Assembly (NCBI RefSeq): GCF_000143415.4 | Contig: NW_003314315.1 | Location: 926,400-990,399 of the forward strand | Reading direction: 5' to 3' | Origin: Selaginella moellendorffii | Taxonomy: Eukaryota > Plantae > Lycopodiophyta | Length of the DNA stretch: 64,000 nt | In this document: positions 47,145-58,109 of the stretch, one piece after another | Layout: every line of letters starts with the position of its first letter | Numbering within the stretch: position 1 is the stretch's first letter | Notes under the pieces: model-generated | What the model was told of the DNA's origin: nothing | What the model saw: the letters and a program-made list of their open reading frames with translations, nothing else | Database searches by the model: none | Program-made: the position numbers and the translations under genes

Positions 47145-49229
47145 ATGGTCTCTAGGGTTTATGGCAAGCTGCCAGTAGGACGGAGGCTTCCTCGACCACC
47201 GTCGCCGGCATTCGATCGTGCTGCCAGAGATCCGCAACAGCAATCGCTCAGATCAGCTCTACAGATCGACACCGAGCAATATTTCCAGCATCCATCCCCG
47301 GGGCCGCTTTCTCCAGCGATCTACGCCTCCCTGCTCCGGCGATGCGCGAATGCGCAGGCGCTGGCCGTTGGGAGGAGGATCGATGCCCATATTTCGAGCT
47401 ATCATCGCGATCCAGGTACTTTTCTCGGCAGTTTGCTCGTCCAGATGTATGGCAAGTGTGGAGACATCGACAGCGCGCGCCGGGTTTTCGATTCGGTGGG
47501 CGCCAAGACGGCATTCACTTGGAATGTGATGCTGGCAGCATATGCCCAAAATGGGCATTACAATCAAGCACTGGATTTGTTCCGGGAGATGGGATCCAAG
47601 CACAGGAATCCGGAGGAGAAGCCCAATGCCATCACCTTCTCGACTGTGACCAACGTCTGCTCGCTGTCTGGGGATCTAGAGGCCGGGAGAGCTCTCCATG
47701 CTCGAATTCTAGACAGTGGAGTGGAGCTTGATGACTTCGTGGGGACTTGCCTCATCAACATGTATGGCAAGTGTGGGAGCTTGGAGGACGCGAAGAGATT
47801 GTTTGAGGCCTTGCCAAGGAGGAGTGTGGTGGCTTGGAACACCATGCTCGGCCTCTTCGTCCAGAAGGAACGCTGCGAAGAAGCTCTTCGTTTTTTCAGA
47901 AGGATGCAAACCTCGGAGACAGTCGTCATCCCGGACTCAGTGAGTTATACAACTGCGCTGAGAGCTTGCTCGCTGCTGGAAAGTTTGGAGGATGGGAGAT
48001 CAATCCACCACGACTACTTGGCCGGTGGAATCAAGCCGGATATAGTTCTTGGAAACACGCTCGTCAAGATGTATAGCGTCTGTGGCAGTGTGGAAGAGTC
48101 GAGGCACGCTTTCGACGCCATGCCGGAGAAGAACAGCGTCTCCTGGACAACCATGTCCGTCACATACACTCAGAGTGGCCGCCATCGAGACGCGATGGAG
48201 CTCTACTGGAGCATGAACTTGGAAGGCGTGAAGTCACACCAGGTGGTATTTCCAAGCGTTCTTAGCGCGTGCTGGGAGCTGAGACAAGGCAGAGACATCC
48301 ACGCTCGGGTAGTTGCCGAAGGTTTTGATCGAGACACAGTCGTGGGGAATGCGCTAGTGACGATGTATGGGAAGTTTGGAGCGCTCGACGATGCAAGGCG
48401 GGTTTTTCATCGCATTCCTGAGAAGACGGTCATTTCCTGGACGTCCATGATCGCGGCAAATGCTCAAAACGGAGAATGGGGGGAGGCCTTTCAACTGTTT
48501 AAGACGATGAAGAGCCGGGGTGGTGTGAGGCCGAACGCCGTGACTTGTCTCATCATCCTCGACGCCTGCTCCGACTTTGGGACGGTAGGAGATGGCAGAG
48601 AAATCCATGCCGAGATAAAAGCCGGTGGATTGGACTCGCAACTCCGGGTGAACAACACGCTCGTCAACATGTATGGGAAATGCGGGAGCTTGGCCGATGC
48701 GAGGGAAGTTTTCGACAGCATGCGCGAGAGAAATGTGGTCTCTTGGACGTCCATGCTGGCTGCGTATACGCACCAGGGACACGGCAACAAGGCACTGGAA
48801 CTATACAGGACTATGGAGCTTCAAGGCATGGAGCTCGACGACGTAGCATTCGTGAGCGTTTTATCAGCGCTCGGTCACGCAGGATCCGTCCACGACTGCC
48901 GGCAGTGCTTTATGACTATGGTCCGTGACCATGAGATCCAGACAATGGCAGAGCATTACAACTGCTTGATCGACTTGTTTGGAAGAGCCGGGTGGCTGGA
49001 CAATGCTAAGGACTTGCTGGAAAGGATGCCGTTCGAGCCTGCTTACAAGGAGTGGATGACTTATTTGGGGTCGTGCAAGCTGCACGGCGACTCTCACCGT
49101 GCTGCAGATGCTGCCAGGCGATGTGCCGATTTGAGGCCAGGAGTGGCCCAACCTTTCGTCATGCTGCTCAGCACGGTTGGCAACGAGGACGACGCGGAGG
49201 AAACCGAATCAAAAGCCGACGCTCTCTAG
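47145..49229 (+). CDS. PLS-class PPR protein ending within the E region, no DYW
   Basis: PLS triplets; HYNCLIDLFGRAGWL...WMTYLGSCKLHG. Confidence 0.93.
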   Translation: MVSRVYGKLPVGRRLPRPPSPAFDRAARDPQQQSLRSALQIDTEQYFQHPSPGPLSPAIYASLLRRCANAQALAVGRRIDAHISSYHRDPGTFLGSLLVQMYGKCGDIDSARRVFDSVGAKTAFTWNVMLAAYAQNGHYNQALDLFREMGSKHRNPEEKPNAITFSTVTNVCSLSGDLEAGRALHARILDSGVELDDFVGTCLINMYGKCGSLEDAKRLFEALPRRSVVAWNTMLGLFVQKERCEEALRFFRRMQTSETVVIPDSVSYTTALRACSLLESLEDGRSIHHDYLAGGIKPDIVLGNTLVKMYSVCGSVEESRHAFDAMPEKNSVSWTTMSVTYTQSGRHRDAMELYWSMNLEGVKSHQVVFPSVLSACWELRQGRDIHARVVAEGFDRDTVVGNALVTMYGKFGALDDARRVFHRIPEKTVISWTSMIAANAQNGEWGEAFQLFKTMKSRGGVRPNAVTCLIILDACSDFGTVGDGREIHAEIKAGGLDSQLRVNNTLVNMYGKCGSLADAREVFDSMRERNVVSWTSMLAAYTHQGHGNKALELYRTMELQGMELDDVAFVSVLSALGHAGSVHDCRQCFMTMVRDHEIQTMAEHYNCLIDLFGRAGWLDNAKDLLERMPFEPAYKEWMTYLGSCKLHGDSHRAADAARRCADLRPGVAQPFVMLLSTVGNEDDAEETESKADAL

Positions 49230-50857
49230 TGGGAAGATCTGGATAAAGTCGTCACAATCAGGTACGTGATCTTCTTAGCTCAGAAGTTTTTACCACCGTG
49301 TTTTGCTTTGACGATTGCAGGCTGGCTGGAGCTTGGGCGATGTCTGATTCAAAAAATGAGGAGTAGAAAAGTCTCTGGTGCGAGAAACAGGCCAGAACAG
49401 GATTGACAAGGGTCCTTTCTGTGATTGAAGCTCCGGCCATTAAGAATGTGTTGGTGTCAGCTCTCGTCTCGTCTCTCAGGTATATACTTGCTCACGTGTA
49501 CATCTTCTCGTTGAGACACATTGCTGGTTGTTGAACAGAAATTATTTGCGCTGCGGCTACACGACAGTTTCGCTGTGGACACAGGGATCGATTGACGCTC
49601 GCTGGCTTTTTTATCTTCTCCTTTCCTTTCGGCGAGGTCCAAGTCCAATTGGACAATCTCTACTCTGAGAGTAAGCTATGCACACGCTGCTTTCACCCCT
49701 CGTCATTGTTGCAGTTTGGTGGCCTAGATTTCGCGAGCAACTCAACCTTTAACTGCTAGCAGCATCGATCGCCGGTGTGGCACAATAACTCACTTGGGAG
49801 CCACAGAGCAGCAGCCAGGTAAAAGAAGAGGAAAAGAAGCAGAGGGAAAGAAACTCGAAGCGTGAGCTAGTCATCTTTCATACTGAGCTGTTTTTTCTTG
49901 TGCAGCGCAGCAAGATCTCTCTTCGCAGCACAAACAGTTATATACGAGCCTCCAAGCTCTCTCTTCTCTAAAGCCTGCGTCGCCCACAGCGCTGCGAAGT
50001 CCTGCATTCATCGCTCACAAGCTCGCCTTCTCTCTTGACGTGACCCCCTTCGGTTTATCTTACTTTCTCTTCGTTCTAACGCTGTTTTCCATTTCCGTGC
50101 AGGGATCTGCGACGAAGATCTTCGCAAATTCCAGGCTATAAAGGAGCGAAGCGAGAGAGCTCTTAAACAAACATTCGAGAGGTATTGGGTGGAAGTTGAC
50201 ACTTTTGCTTTTGACGAGATCTAACTAGCTGATTGCCGGTCTATTCTATTCTATGCCGCTACAGTGGCTTTACTCCTTTTGTTTCAAGCTGGCGACGATT
50301 CATGCTACGCAACGATGCTCTCTCGCAACATCCTTTTTGTTTGGGGTGGCAGAGCCCACATTCCACCACCGCTCCACCATACTTTGATTGCCAGCAAATT
50401 CCATCCCAAATTTCAATGCGCGCAAAAGTAAAGGAAAAGATCAAAAGAGCTCTCGTAGCTTTCGAAACCTCGCTGATAGCTTTGATTGATCCATTGAGTG
50501 ATAGACACCTCCAACATTGAACTATCAGCTTCCAAACAGCGATGTTAGCGTGCCGTACACAGAGTACGGCAGTAGAACCTCTTGCGTTTTTCTTTTATCC
50601 GCAGTGACGGCGCGGTTAAAAAACTGCGCTTGTTTCCTGTACGGACCACTGACGGCGCTGTCTAACGGAATATTTTCTCTTTCTTTTACCCTTGTTACTT
50701 TACTCTTGCCCTTTTAATCCTCTAGTCTCATCAAAATGGCGGATTCCCTTGCGCGGCGATGATCGGTGATGGACGCCGACGATAATGCGATCGATCCATC
50801 TTCTCTCATCTTTCTTGATTGACTCCAGGGGAGCATTCTCGATCGATCGATCGATGG

Positions 50858-51946
50858 ATGCACTATAGGTCGCAAGCAAGAGCTTCCATCGCTCCAGTGA
50901 TGGAGATTATCAGCAGCAGGAGGGGCGTGGGGCGCTGCTCCAGCCTCGGCGATCACAATCGGCAAGATTATCCCCTCTTTAGCCCTGTTCTTGATTGGCA
51001 AGAACAACAACGCGAGGATCAGCTGGAATTTCGATTCTTCTCATCCTCCTCTTGCCCCTCGGCAGCGCACGGCAATTGCGTGGAGATGATATCGGCCGAC
51101 GAGATCTTCAGCAATGGCAGGATGCTCCCATGCGCTCTGGATTCCGCCAAGAACACCAGCAACAAGAATCTTTCCATGGCCATGAAGCGTCCCAATCCAC
51201 ACGCATCCACGCCGCCGCCGGCACCGCCAGCAGCGCCAATGCCAGCAGCGTCAGCCACGGCCGCGAATCGATCATCGTCATCATCATCCAGCGCCAGCGG
51301 CAACACGATCAGGAAGAAGAGCGCCGCGATGGTGGCCACCGCGACGTGCTCCAGCCACTGGAAAGAAATCTTCAATCGACTGCGCAATCCGGGGAGGCCG
51401 AGATCATCGTCGCAGTCCTCCTGCTACGAATCGTCCGGCTCGCTCTCATCGGACATGGACGCATTCCCCTCCTCGACTAGCTCCAGCAGCCGGAGGCTCC
51501 TCCTCCTCCCGGATCACCATGGCGAGGATTTCTCCCTCCCTCTCACCAAGGCCACCAAGGCGAAGAATTCTCACAGGGCCTCCTCCCAGCAAGGCATGGA
51601 TCGTCACGACAAGAGCTCGAGCTCGAGGATGATGAGGGTCTCGTCCTTCGATAGCCGATCATCGAGTCGAGTATATCCAGGTGGTGGTGGCGGCAGCGGC
51701 GATCACCATCACTCTCAAACTTCGAGGAGATCCTTCTCCAGGGATCATCACAGGAGATCCTTGTCGTCCTTTCTCTACGATCAGCACCAGCAGCATCACC
51801 AGCACCACCATCGCCACCAATCCGTCACTTCGGTTCTCAACATGCCCGTTTGCATGGGCGATTCTCTCGTCGCCTCGGCATCGTCTTCTTCCTCGGGTAA
51901 GCTCGCCAAACTTCACAGCTCCAGTAGCAGAGCCAAAAGGAGATGA
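50858..51946 (+). CDS. Ser/His-rich protein with a BKI1/MAKR-like ADEIFSNGRMLP motif
   Basis: LEFRF and MISADEIFSNGRMLP motifs, WKEIF, VLNMPVC. Start codon uncertain. Confidence 0.65.
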   Translation: MHYRSQARASIAPVMEIISSRRGVGRCSSLGDHNRQDYPLFSPVLDWQEQQREDQLEFRFFSSSSCPSAAHGNCVEMISADEIFSNGRMLPCALDSAKNTSNKNLSMAMKRPNPHASTPPPAPPAAPMPAASATAANRSSSSSSSASGNTIRKKSAAMVATATCSSHWKEIFNRLRNPGRPRSSSQSSCYESSGSLSSDMDAFPSSTSSSSRRLLLLPDHHGEDFSLPLTKATKAKNSHRASSQQGMDRHDKSSSSRMMRVSSFDSRSSSRVYPGGGGGSGDHHHSQTSRRSFSRDHHRRSLSSFLYDQHQQHHQHHHRHQSVTSVLNMPVCMGDSLVASASSSSSGKLAKLHSSSSRAKRR

Positions 51947-52313
51947 AAATTCTTTTCTTCCTGGCAATACAATTCTTGAGAGATGGATAGATAGAAACAA
52001 AGTTCTTCTTGCTTACTCTTGTGCTCATTCCTTTGGTGTGTAAAAAATTTCGCATCTTCCCATCTGTTCCCTGTTACTTGCCAAAAACTTTTCTGGTAAT
52101 GCCCATAAATTTCCCAAACTTACCCAAATTTGGCCAGTGGTGGAGAGAGGAGTTGCTAATGTTTTTAATGGAGCTTCAAAATTTAGTGCCTCTCAGTTGC
52201 TGTGTTGCTGGAGCTCGGCTCATCGATCAATCTCCTACATTCGAAAAGAGGTCAGTGATTTCGCTAGAAAAGCAAAAAAAAGAAGGAAAAAAGATACCAG
52301 AGAGCTCGTAGAG

Positions 52314-53108
52314 ATGTCGATGGTGATTGCGAACGCTGCCACCTTTCTCGTCTTGGTCCTCTTTTCTCTGCGAGCTCTCACAGTTCTCAGCATCAACATC
52401 ACCCAAGTTCTCGGCCTCTTCCCGGACTACACCAACTTGAACATGCTGCTGCTTCAAACCGGCGTTGCCAACGAGATCAACCAGCGTTCCTCCCTCACCA
52501 TTCTCGCCGCCGAGGACTCCGTGCTTGATCCCATCCTGGATCAGCTCGCGCAGTCCGTCACCGGCCAGCAGATAGCTGACATCCTCCGCTACCACGTCCT
52601 GCTCGAGTACGAAGGAATCAACGACCTCCGGAGCCTCCCCAACAAGAGTAAGCTTTTCACCACCCTCTTCCAGACCACCGGAAGAGCCTCCAACAATGCT
52701 GGCTTCGTGAACATCACGGACGATCCCAACGGGGGCGTCTCGGTTGGCTGGCCCAGCTCCTCCACGGTCTTCAGCTCGGAGATCCTCGGCACTGTCAAGG
52801 AGCTCCCGTTCAATGTTAGTGTCGTTGATGTAAGCCGGGTTCTCGTACCTTATGGACTCCTTCCACCTTCGCTCATGCCGCTGTTTCTCGCTCCATCACC
52901 ACCACCAGCTGAATCGCCATCACCGTCGGGAGGACCACCAGGACCTTCTTCTTCGCCTTCTCCAAGTTCTTGGATAAGTCCCTCGACGTCGCAGCAAGGA
53001 GGTAGCCCAGACAATGGCAATCCAGGCACAAGCTCGGCAGTAGCACCATCAGCCCTTTGGAATGTCCTTTTAGAAGTTGCTTTTCTACTTGTTCTTCTGA
53101 TCGTTTGA
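52314..53108 (+). CDS. Fasciclin-like arabinogalactan protein, single FAS1, probably GPI-anchored
   Basis: Signal peptide; NITQVL...LTILA...ILRYHVLLEY...TTLFQTTG; Pro/Ser-rich linker; hydrophobic C-terminus. Confidence 0.9.
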   Translation: MSMVIANAATFLVLVLFSLRALTVLSINITQVLGLFPDYTNLNMLLLQTGVANEINQRSSLTILAAEDSVLDPILDQLAQSVTGQQIADILRYHVLLEYEGINDLRSLPNKSKLFTTLFQTTGRASNNAGFVNITDDPNGGVSVGWPSSSTVFSSEILGTVKELPFNVSVVDVSRVLVPYGLLPPSLMPLFLAPSPPPAESPSPSGGPPGPSSSPSPSSWISPSTSQQGGSPDNGNPGTSSAVAPSALWNVLLEVAFLLVLLIV

Positions 53109-53131
53109 TGTAGATGACTTTCGTTCTATCC

Positions 53132-55543
53132 TCAGAAATAACAGGAATTTCGATCTGTCTCTAGCTTCTGGCAAGTTCCCTGGATGTTGGCCATCAAAGA
53201 ATAGGCCGCAGCATTGCTCCCTTCCAACTTTAAGCACCATTCGAACGCAAGCTTCCCCACTGTAGTATTGTTCCACTTTCGGCACGCTCCAAGTACTATC
53301 GACCATGACAGTGCGCTCGGCTTGAAAGGCATAGCCTCCAGTACCGCGACGGCTTTGTCGATTTCCCCGGCTCGGCCAAGGATGTCAACCAGACAATGAT
53401 AGTGCTCCATCTCAGCCTGTACCTCGTATCTGCTAGTCTGCATCAAGTGAAAGAGCCTCTTTCCTTCCTCGATCAAACCGACATGGCTGCACAGCGTCAA
53501 AATGCACAAAAAGGTGGCAGCATTTGGTCGGGAGCCTTGGTCCTGCATCCCGTTGAAAAGCTCGAAGGCCCGAGTTGTGTCACCTTGCCGACAGTAACCA
53601 GCTATCAGCGCAGTCCAAACCAGCATGTCCACCGTCGAAGCTGAATCAAACTGGCAGCTCGCATCGACCAGCTTCCCACACTTCCCGTAAAAGTCCACCA
53701 GGCAGTTCACCAGCACGGCATCGTTTTCAAGACCGGATCTGCAAACCTCTGCATGGATTGCTTTCCCGACTTCTACAGCCACCAAACTGGAGCAGGACTT
53801 GAGAGCAGCCGCAAGAGTGTGAGCGTCCGGCTTCGTGCGCACGTACACAGCAGCAAACAGGTCCAGTGCAACCTGTCCCTCGGCAGATTCCGCGTATCCC
53901 ACAATGAGCGTCGTCCACAGCACTGAATTGCAAGCGGCCATGCTGTCGAACACCTTCCTGGCATCCACCATGCTTCCACATCTCGCATAGAGATTCACCA
54001 AACTGCTCTCAACAAACGCGTCGGTTTCCCAGCCACTTCGTCGTGCTAGAGCGTGAAGAGTCATCCCTCTCTCCAGAGCCTTCACCTTTACGAGCTTCCC
54101 GTCTATTCTCTGGCCCTCTTCACTGGCAGCCAGACAGGTACACGCCTTCAGCACGGGGACGAACGTTCGTGAATTTGGATCGCAGCACTGAAGAAGCCTC
54201 ATTTCTTCAAACAGCTCCAGACACAGCTCTGCTTCACCATTGTCTGCGTAGCCTAATAGCAGCGCGTTCCATGACACCACAGTCGGAAACCTTAACGTGT
54301 CGAACACCTTCCGGGCATTTAGCATGCTTCCACACCGGCAGTACATATCGATGACCGTGTTTGCGACTTGCACAGAGTTTGACACCATCCTCGTAGCCTG
54401 TGAGTGAACGACCATTCCTTTCTCCAGCCATTTCATCTTCACAGTCCTCCCATCAATCTGCTTTCCTTCTTCCCTAGCTGCCATCGTAGCGCAGGCTTTG
54501 AGTGCAGCAGCAAGCGTCAGAGCATCCGGCAGTGTGCGTCCTTCACGTTTCATCCTGTCGAAGAGCTCCAAGGCTAGCTCTCCCTGTCCATTCTCCACAT
54601 ACCCCCGGATCAGCGCAGTCCACGAAACCACATTGTGTGAAGTTAAGGAGTCGAAAACCTGCTGCGAGTCCGCCATCCTTCCACATTTCGCATATGCGTC
54701 AACAAGGGTGCTGGCCACGTAAATCTCCCTGTCACACCCCATCTCTCGAGCTCTATCGTGCAAAGCGATGACCTTTTCCACGCACCGCAGCTTCACGAAC
54801 TTCCCATCAACGTGACAACCATCTTCTTTTGCTGCCAGGATCGCGCAAGCCTTGAGCACCGCAACTAAAGTTCTAGAGTCTGGCTCGCAGTTTTCTCCCA
54901 TTCCCATGCAGCCAAACAGCTCGAGTGCCAACTCTTCCTCCTCGTTCTCAGCACATCCCATGACCAAGGAGTTCCACGACACAACGTCTCGGAGTAGCAT
55001 CCTGTCAAAGACCCGGCGAGCGTCAGCTAAGCTCCCACACTTGGAATACATGCTTACCATATTGTTGTGAAGGATATAGTCTCGGCCGCAAGAGCTTCTC
55101 TGGAACTTTGAGTGAAGCGCCATGGCTTTCTCCAAGGCCTGGGTTTTCACAAGCGTCCCATCGATCTCACAGCCCATTTCTTTCGTCGCCAGTCCAGCGC
55201 AAGCCTTGAATCCAGCCAGAAAGATCCCTGAATCCGGCGGTGCGATCATCCCGCTCAAGATAATCTCCACTCCCAGGCCCTCCTCTCCATTTTCCACATA
55301 ACCCAGCACGAGCGAGCTCCAAGATCCCGCGTTGTGGCACGGCATTCGATCGAAGACGCCGCGCGCGAGATCGAGACTCCCGCACCTGGCGTACATTGCG
55401 ACGAGAGCATTCGCGGCGACGATTGAGCCCGCGATTCTTCCAGCGGCTTCATGGATCCTCTTCCCGCGCTCCAAATCCCTGGAGCTGCTGCACACCCGGA
55501 GATCAAGAAGGAGCTTCGCTACATTCGTCCGCGCTACTCTCAT
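53132..55543 (-). CDS. PLS-class PPR protein ending within the E region, no DYW
   Basis: PLS repeats; HYHCLVDILGRAG...WSIVLGACRKW...AAYSLMANI. Confidence 0.93.
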   Translation of the reverse strand: MRVARTNVAKLLLDLRVCSSSRDLERGKRIHEAAGRIAGSIVAANALVAMYARCGSLDLARGVFDRMPCHNAGSWSSLVLGYVENGEEGLGVEIILSGMIAPPDSGIFLAGFKACAGLATKEMGCEIDGTLVKTQALEKAMALHSKFQRSSCGRDYILHNNMVSMYSKCGSLADARRVFDRMLLRDVVSWNSLVMGCAENEEEELALELFGCMGMGENCEPDSRTLVAVLKACAILAAKEDGCHVDGKFVKLRCVEKVIALHDRAREMGCDREIYVASTLVDAYAKCGRMADSQQVFDSLTSHNVVSWTALIRGYVENGQGELALELFDRMKREGRTLPDALTLAAALKACATMAAREEGKQIDGRTVKMKWLEKGMVVHSQATRMVSNSVQVANTVIDMYCRCGSMLNARKVFDTLRFPTVVSWNALLLGYADNGEAELCLELFEEMRLLQCCDPNSRTFVPVLKACTCLAASEEGQRIDGKLVKVKALERGMTLHALARRSGWETDAFVESSLVNLYARCGSMVDARKVFDSMAACNSVLWTTLIVGYAESAEGQVALDLFAAVYVRTKPDAHTLAAALKSCSSLVAVEVGKAIHAEVCRSGLENDAVLVNCLVDFYGKCGKLVDASCQFDSASTVDMLVWTALIAGYCRQGDTTRAFELFNGMQDQGSRPNAATFLCILTLCSHVGLIEEGKRLFHLMQTSRYEVQAEMEHYHCLVDILGRAGEIDKAVAVLEAMPFKPSALSWSIVLGACRKWNNTTVGKLAFEWCLKLEGSNAAAYSLMANIQGTCQKLETDRNSCYF

Positions 55544-55698
55544 AGCAGCAATCGCTCACCTCGAGGCGCGTCGCGGCGGCCAATCGGCTCCATCGCCACG
55601 AAATGTTTCCCTCTAGACTATAAACCCTAACTTTTCGAATTAAAAGTCAATGGTTATAAAACGCGGTAGCTCCATTGTTAGCTACAAAAACGAAGGAA

Positions 55699-56810
55699 CT
55701 AGACAATGCGCTCTAGCTCCCGCGCGTAGCCCAGAGTTTGATTGATGAGCTGCAGCGATGGAATCTCCTTGCAAAGCGAAAAATCCTTCACCTTCTGGAA
55801 GTAGACGCATCGATTTCTTATCTCCCAGTCCGGATGCTCCTGAAAACATGAAAGAGATGATATCGAGAGATCGCAACAGTGGAGAGAGAAGTACCTCACT
55901 GATGTAAGTCATGAGGTCCTGATCTCTCGTGAACTTAAAAATCGTCTTGGCATCGTCCAGCGTCAGGAAATCGTAAGCTTTCTCGCTGCAGCCAGAAATC
56001 TCATCCCTGGAACAAAATCGATATTGATCAAACTCTCTTCTCTTCTTTCAAAGGAAAAGAGAATCTTACCTCACGGTCTTGGCGAGAAGATTGATGAAGT
56101 AATTGTAGCTGTCGTGAGGAACCTTTCGGCTACGAAGGACGTGATTGTAAGCGCCCTCCATCAGTGCTTGCTCCAGCTCCACCACGATCTTGATGCAATC
56201 GTTCTTGAGAGCTTCCGGAGACAAGAGTTCGAGCTCGGTGTGAAACTCGGCGATCCTGTTCTGGACGAGCAGCCGCAGGAGATTGAGACCCAGCATGATG
56301 TACTCGAAATTCGATGGAGGAATCAGGTGTCTACAAGACCAAAGAAGAGAAAAATCGGCCCAAAGGAGAAAGATGAAAGAGCCACTCTACCTTGTGTCTG
56401 TGTAGTAAGGCTTGAGCTGGAGAAAATGGAGCTCGAAAGATTCCTGGTCTTCAGTCCCAACGCTCAAGAGCACAGCCTGCTCAAGGATGGATCCTAGAAC
56501 AAAAAAAGAGAAAGATAAAAAACTTGGATGTGAAAGAGATTCTAATATAGATTGTTCTTACGAGCAAGCTTGAGCTCCTCGACTTGAGTAGAGGTGTGGC
56601 GATAGAGCGGTGGAAGGCCGGAGAACTCGGTGAGCTTGACCTGGAAGAGCTCCATTCTAAGAGCCGCATTGGATCGAAATCTAGGAAGGAACTCACCTTG
56701 AGCTGATTGAGGAAGGCGCGTGCGCTCTCGAAATTCCGGGCGAAGATGCTCGTCTCGAGGCGCCCGTAGAGGCGCTGCGCTTCCAGGACCTTGCTGTTGC
56801 CGCTGTCCAT
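55699..56810 (-). CDS. RPN12: 26S proteasome lid subunit RPN12, multi-exon
   Basis: LGLNLLRLLVQNRIAEFHTELELL; ELEQALMEGAYN; TVRDEISGCSEKAY; LGYARELERIV. Confidence 0.95.
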
Positions 56811-56856
56811 CTCTTCCCACTCTCCCCCAAACCCTAACTTTAGGTTAGGGGTGAAG

Positions 56857-57465
56857 ATGGGTGTGGTGAGATTGATCACCAGGCTCGCAAATCCCGCGCA
56901 GCGAAGGTGAGCTATGGATCTTTCGCCCTCTTTTCTGATCGATGCGCGCTCTCACAGGCATTGGGTTCCAAAGAAGAAGATTTTGGGCACCCCCGAGCTC
57001 AATCGGATCTACAATGGCCCTGGCGTGGATCAGGACTACGGTAACGATCGAGTGACTGTTCTTGGAGCTCGCTCTATCGATTGAAAGCTCTCTCTTTCTC
57101 GCAGTGAATAGCGAGAAGTACAAGACCGAGATCCTCCAAGCCAAAGCTCGGATTTTCAACTACGTGATTGGGAATGGATTGCGATCCGGCCACAAGATTC
57201 TCAGGAGGAAGCTCATCGGCCCGGAGCTCGTCAAGTGGTACCCATTCCCCTTGCAGCATTTGGATCGGCGATTCAAGGATCCAACCGAGGAGAGGTATGA
57301 GAATTCTTCCTTCACGCAAATTTCTAGTCTGTTCTTGCGGATTGATCGCGCTCTCCTCTTTCCAGGCGATACCAGAGATTGCAAAGATTGAAACGAGCGG
57401 GCAAAGGAAGACCGAAGAAAGGCCAAGGCAAGCGAGCGACCGCCAAAGCCAGCAAGAAGAAATAG
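56857..57465 (+). CDS. Mitochondrial ribosomal small-subunit protein mS33 (yeast Rsm27-like), 4 exons
   Basis: MGVVRLITRLANPAQRR...ARIFNYVIGNGLRSGHKILRRKLIGPELVKWYP...RLKRAGKGRPKKGQGKRA. Splice phases are consistent. Confidence 0.85.
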
Positions 57466-57518
57466 AGTTTCTAGGGTTCTTGAGAGGGATAGGAGTTTTA
57501 GGGTTCTTGGGGAGATCG

Positions 57519-58015
57519 ATGGCGATGGCGATGGCTCTAGGCAGGAAATGCGGCTTGATCCCGCGGCAATTGGTACAGTTCTTTCGTTTCTCTCGCATCG
57601 CAGCGCTCTGATTTGGATGGATCGAGCGCAGCAACAGGTGCGCGGCGTGTATATCGACTGCAAGGGGCTGAATTTCGAGCAAGCCATGGCGCGCTATGGC
57701 CGGAAAATGCGACAGGACAAGACGCTCAACGATCTGCTCAAGAAGGAGTACTACGTGAAGCCGTCGGAGCAGCGGCGCCAGGCGGAGAAGGAGCGCGTCA
57801 AGCGAACCAAGAAGAGGCTCTTCCGGGAGAAGCTCAAGTTCGTCTTGATGTTGCGAGCAAGGTTTGCATTTCTCTTTCCCTCCCTTTGTTCTTCATTCAC
57901 CATAGCTGGTTTTCTTTCTCATCGGACAAATCCAGCTTTGTTTTTATCATCTCCCTCTTTGCGAGATCTTGAATCGCTTACTGATGATCTTCTCCTCGTT
58001 TCCAGAGGGCTGTGA
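57519..58015 (+). CDS. Mitochondrial ribosomal protein bS21m, 3 exons
   Basis: MAMAMALGRKCGLIPRQL/QQVRGVYI...NFEQAMARYGRKMR...YYVKPSEQRR...LRAR/GL; bS21 YxKPSE motif. Confidence 0.85.
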
Positions 58016-58109
58016 TCGAATTTTGGTGATCTTTGATTTGTTTTCCTCGCTACTAGAGTAGAGGTACTGTTCTTATGAACCAACAAGAGCCCTAAGTTTC
58101 TTTTCTATC

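Noticed and set aside
19713-51946. Hormone cluster (DET2, GA20ox fragment, BBX, MAKR-like)
   Set aside because: Not adjacent, the GA20ox is only a fragment, and no shared pathway enzymes are present.
11992-56810. Ubiquitin-pathway gene cluster (OTU, U-box, UEV1, RPN12)
   Set aside because: The genes are spread over 45 kb among unrelated genes and belong to a very large functional class, so chance is sufficient.
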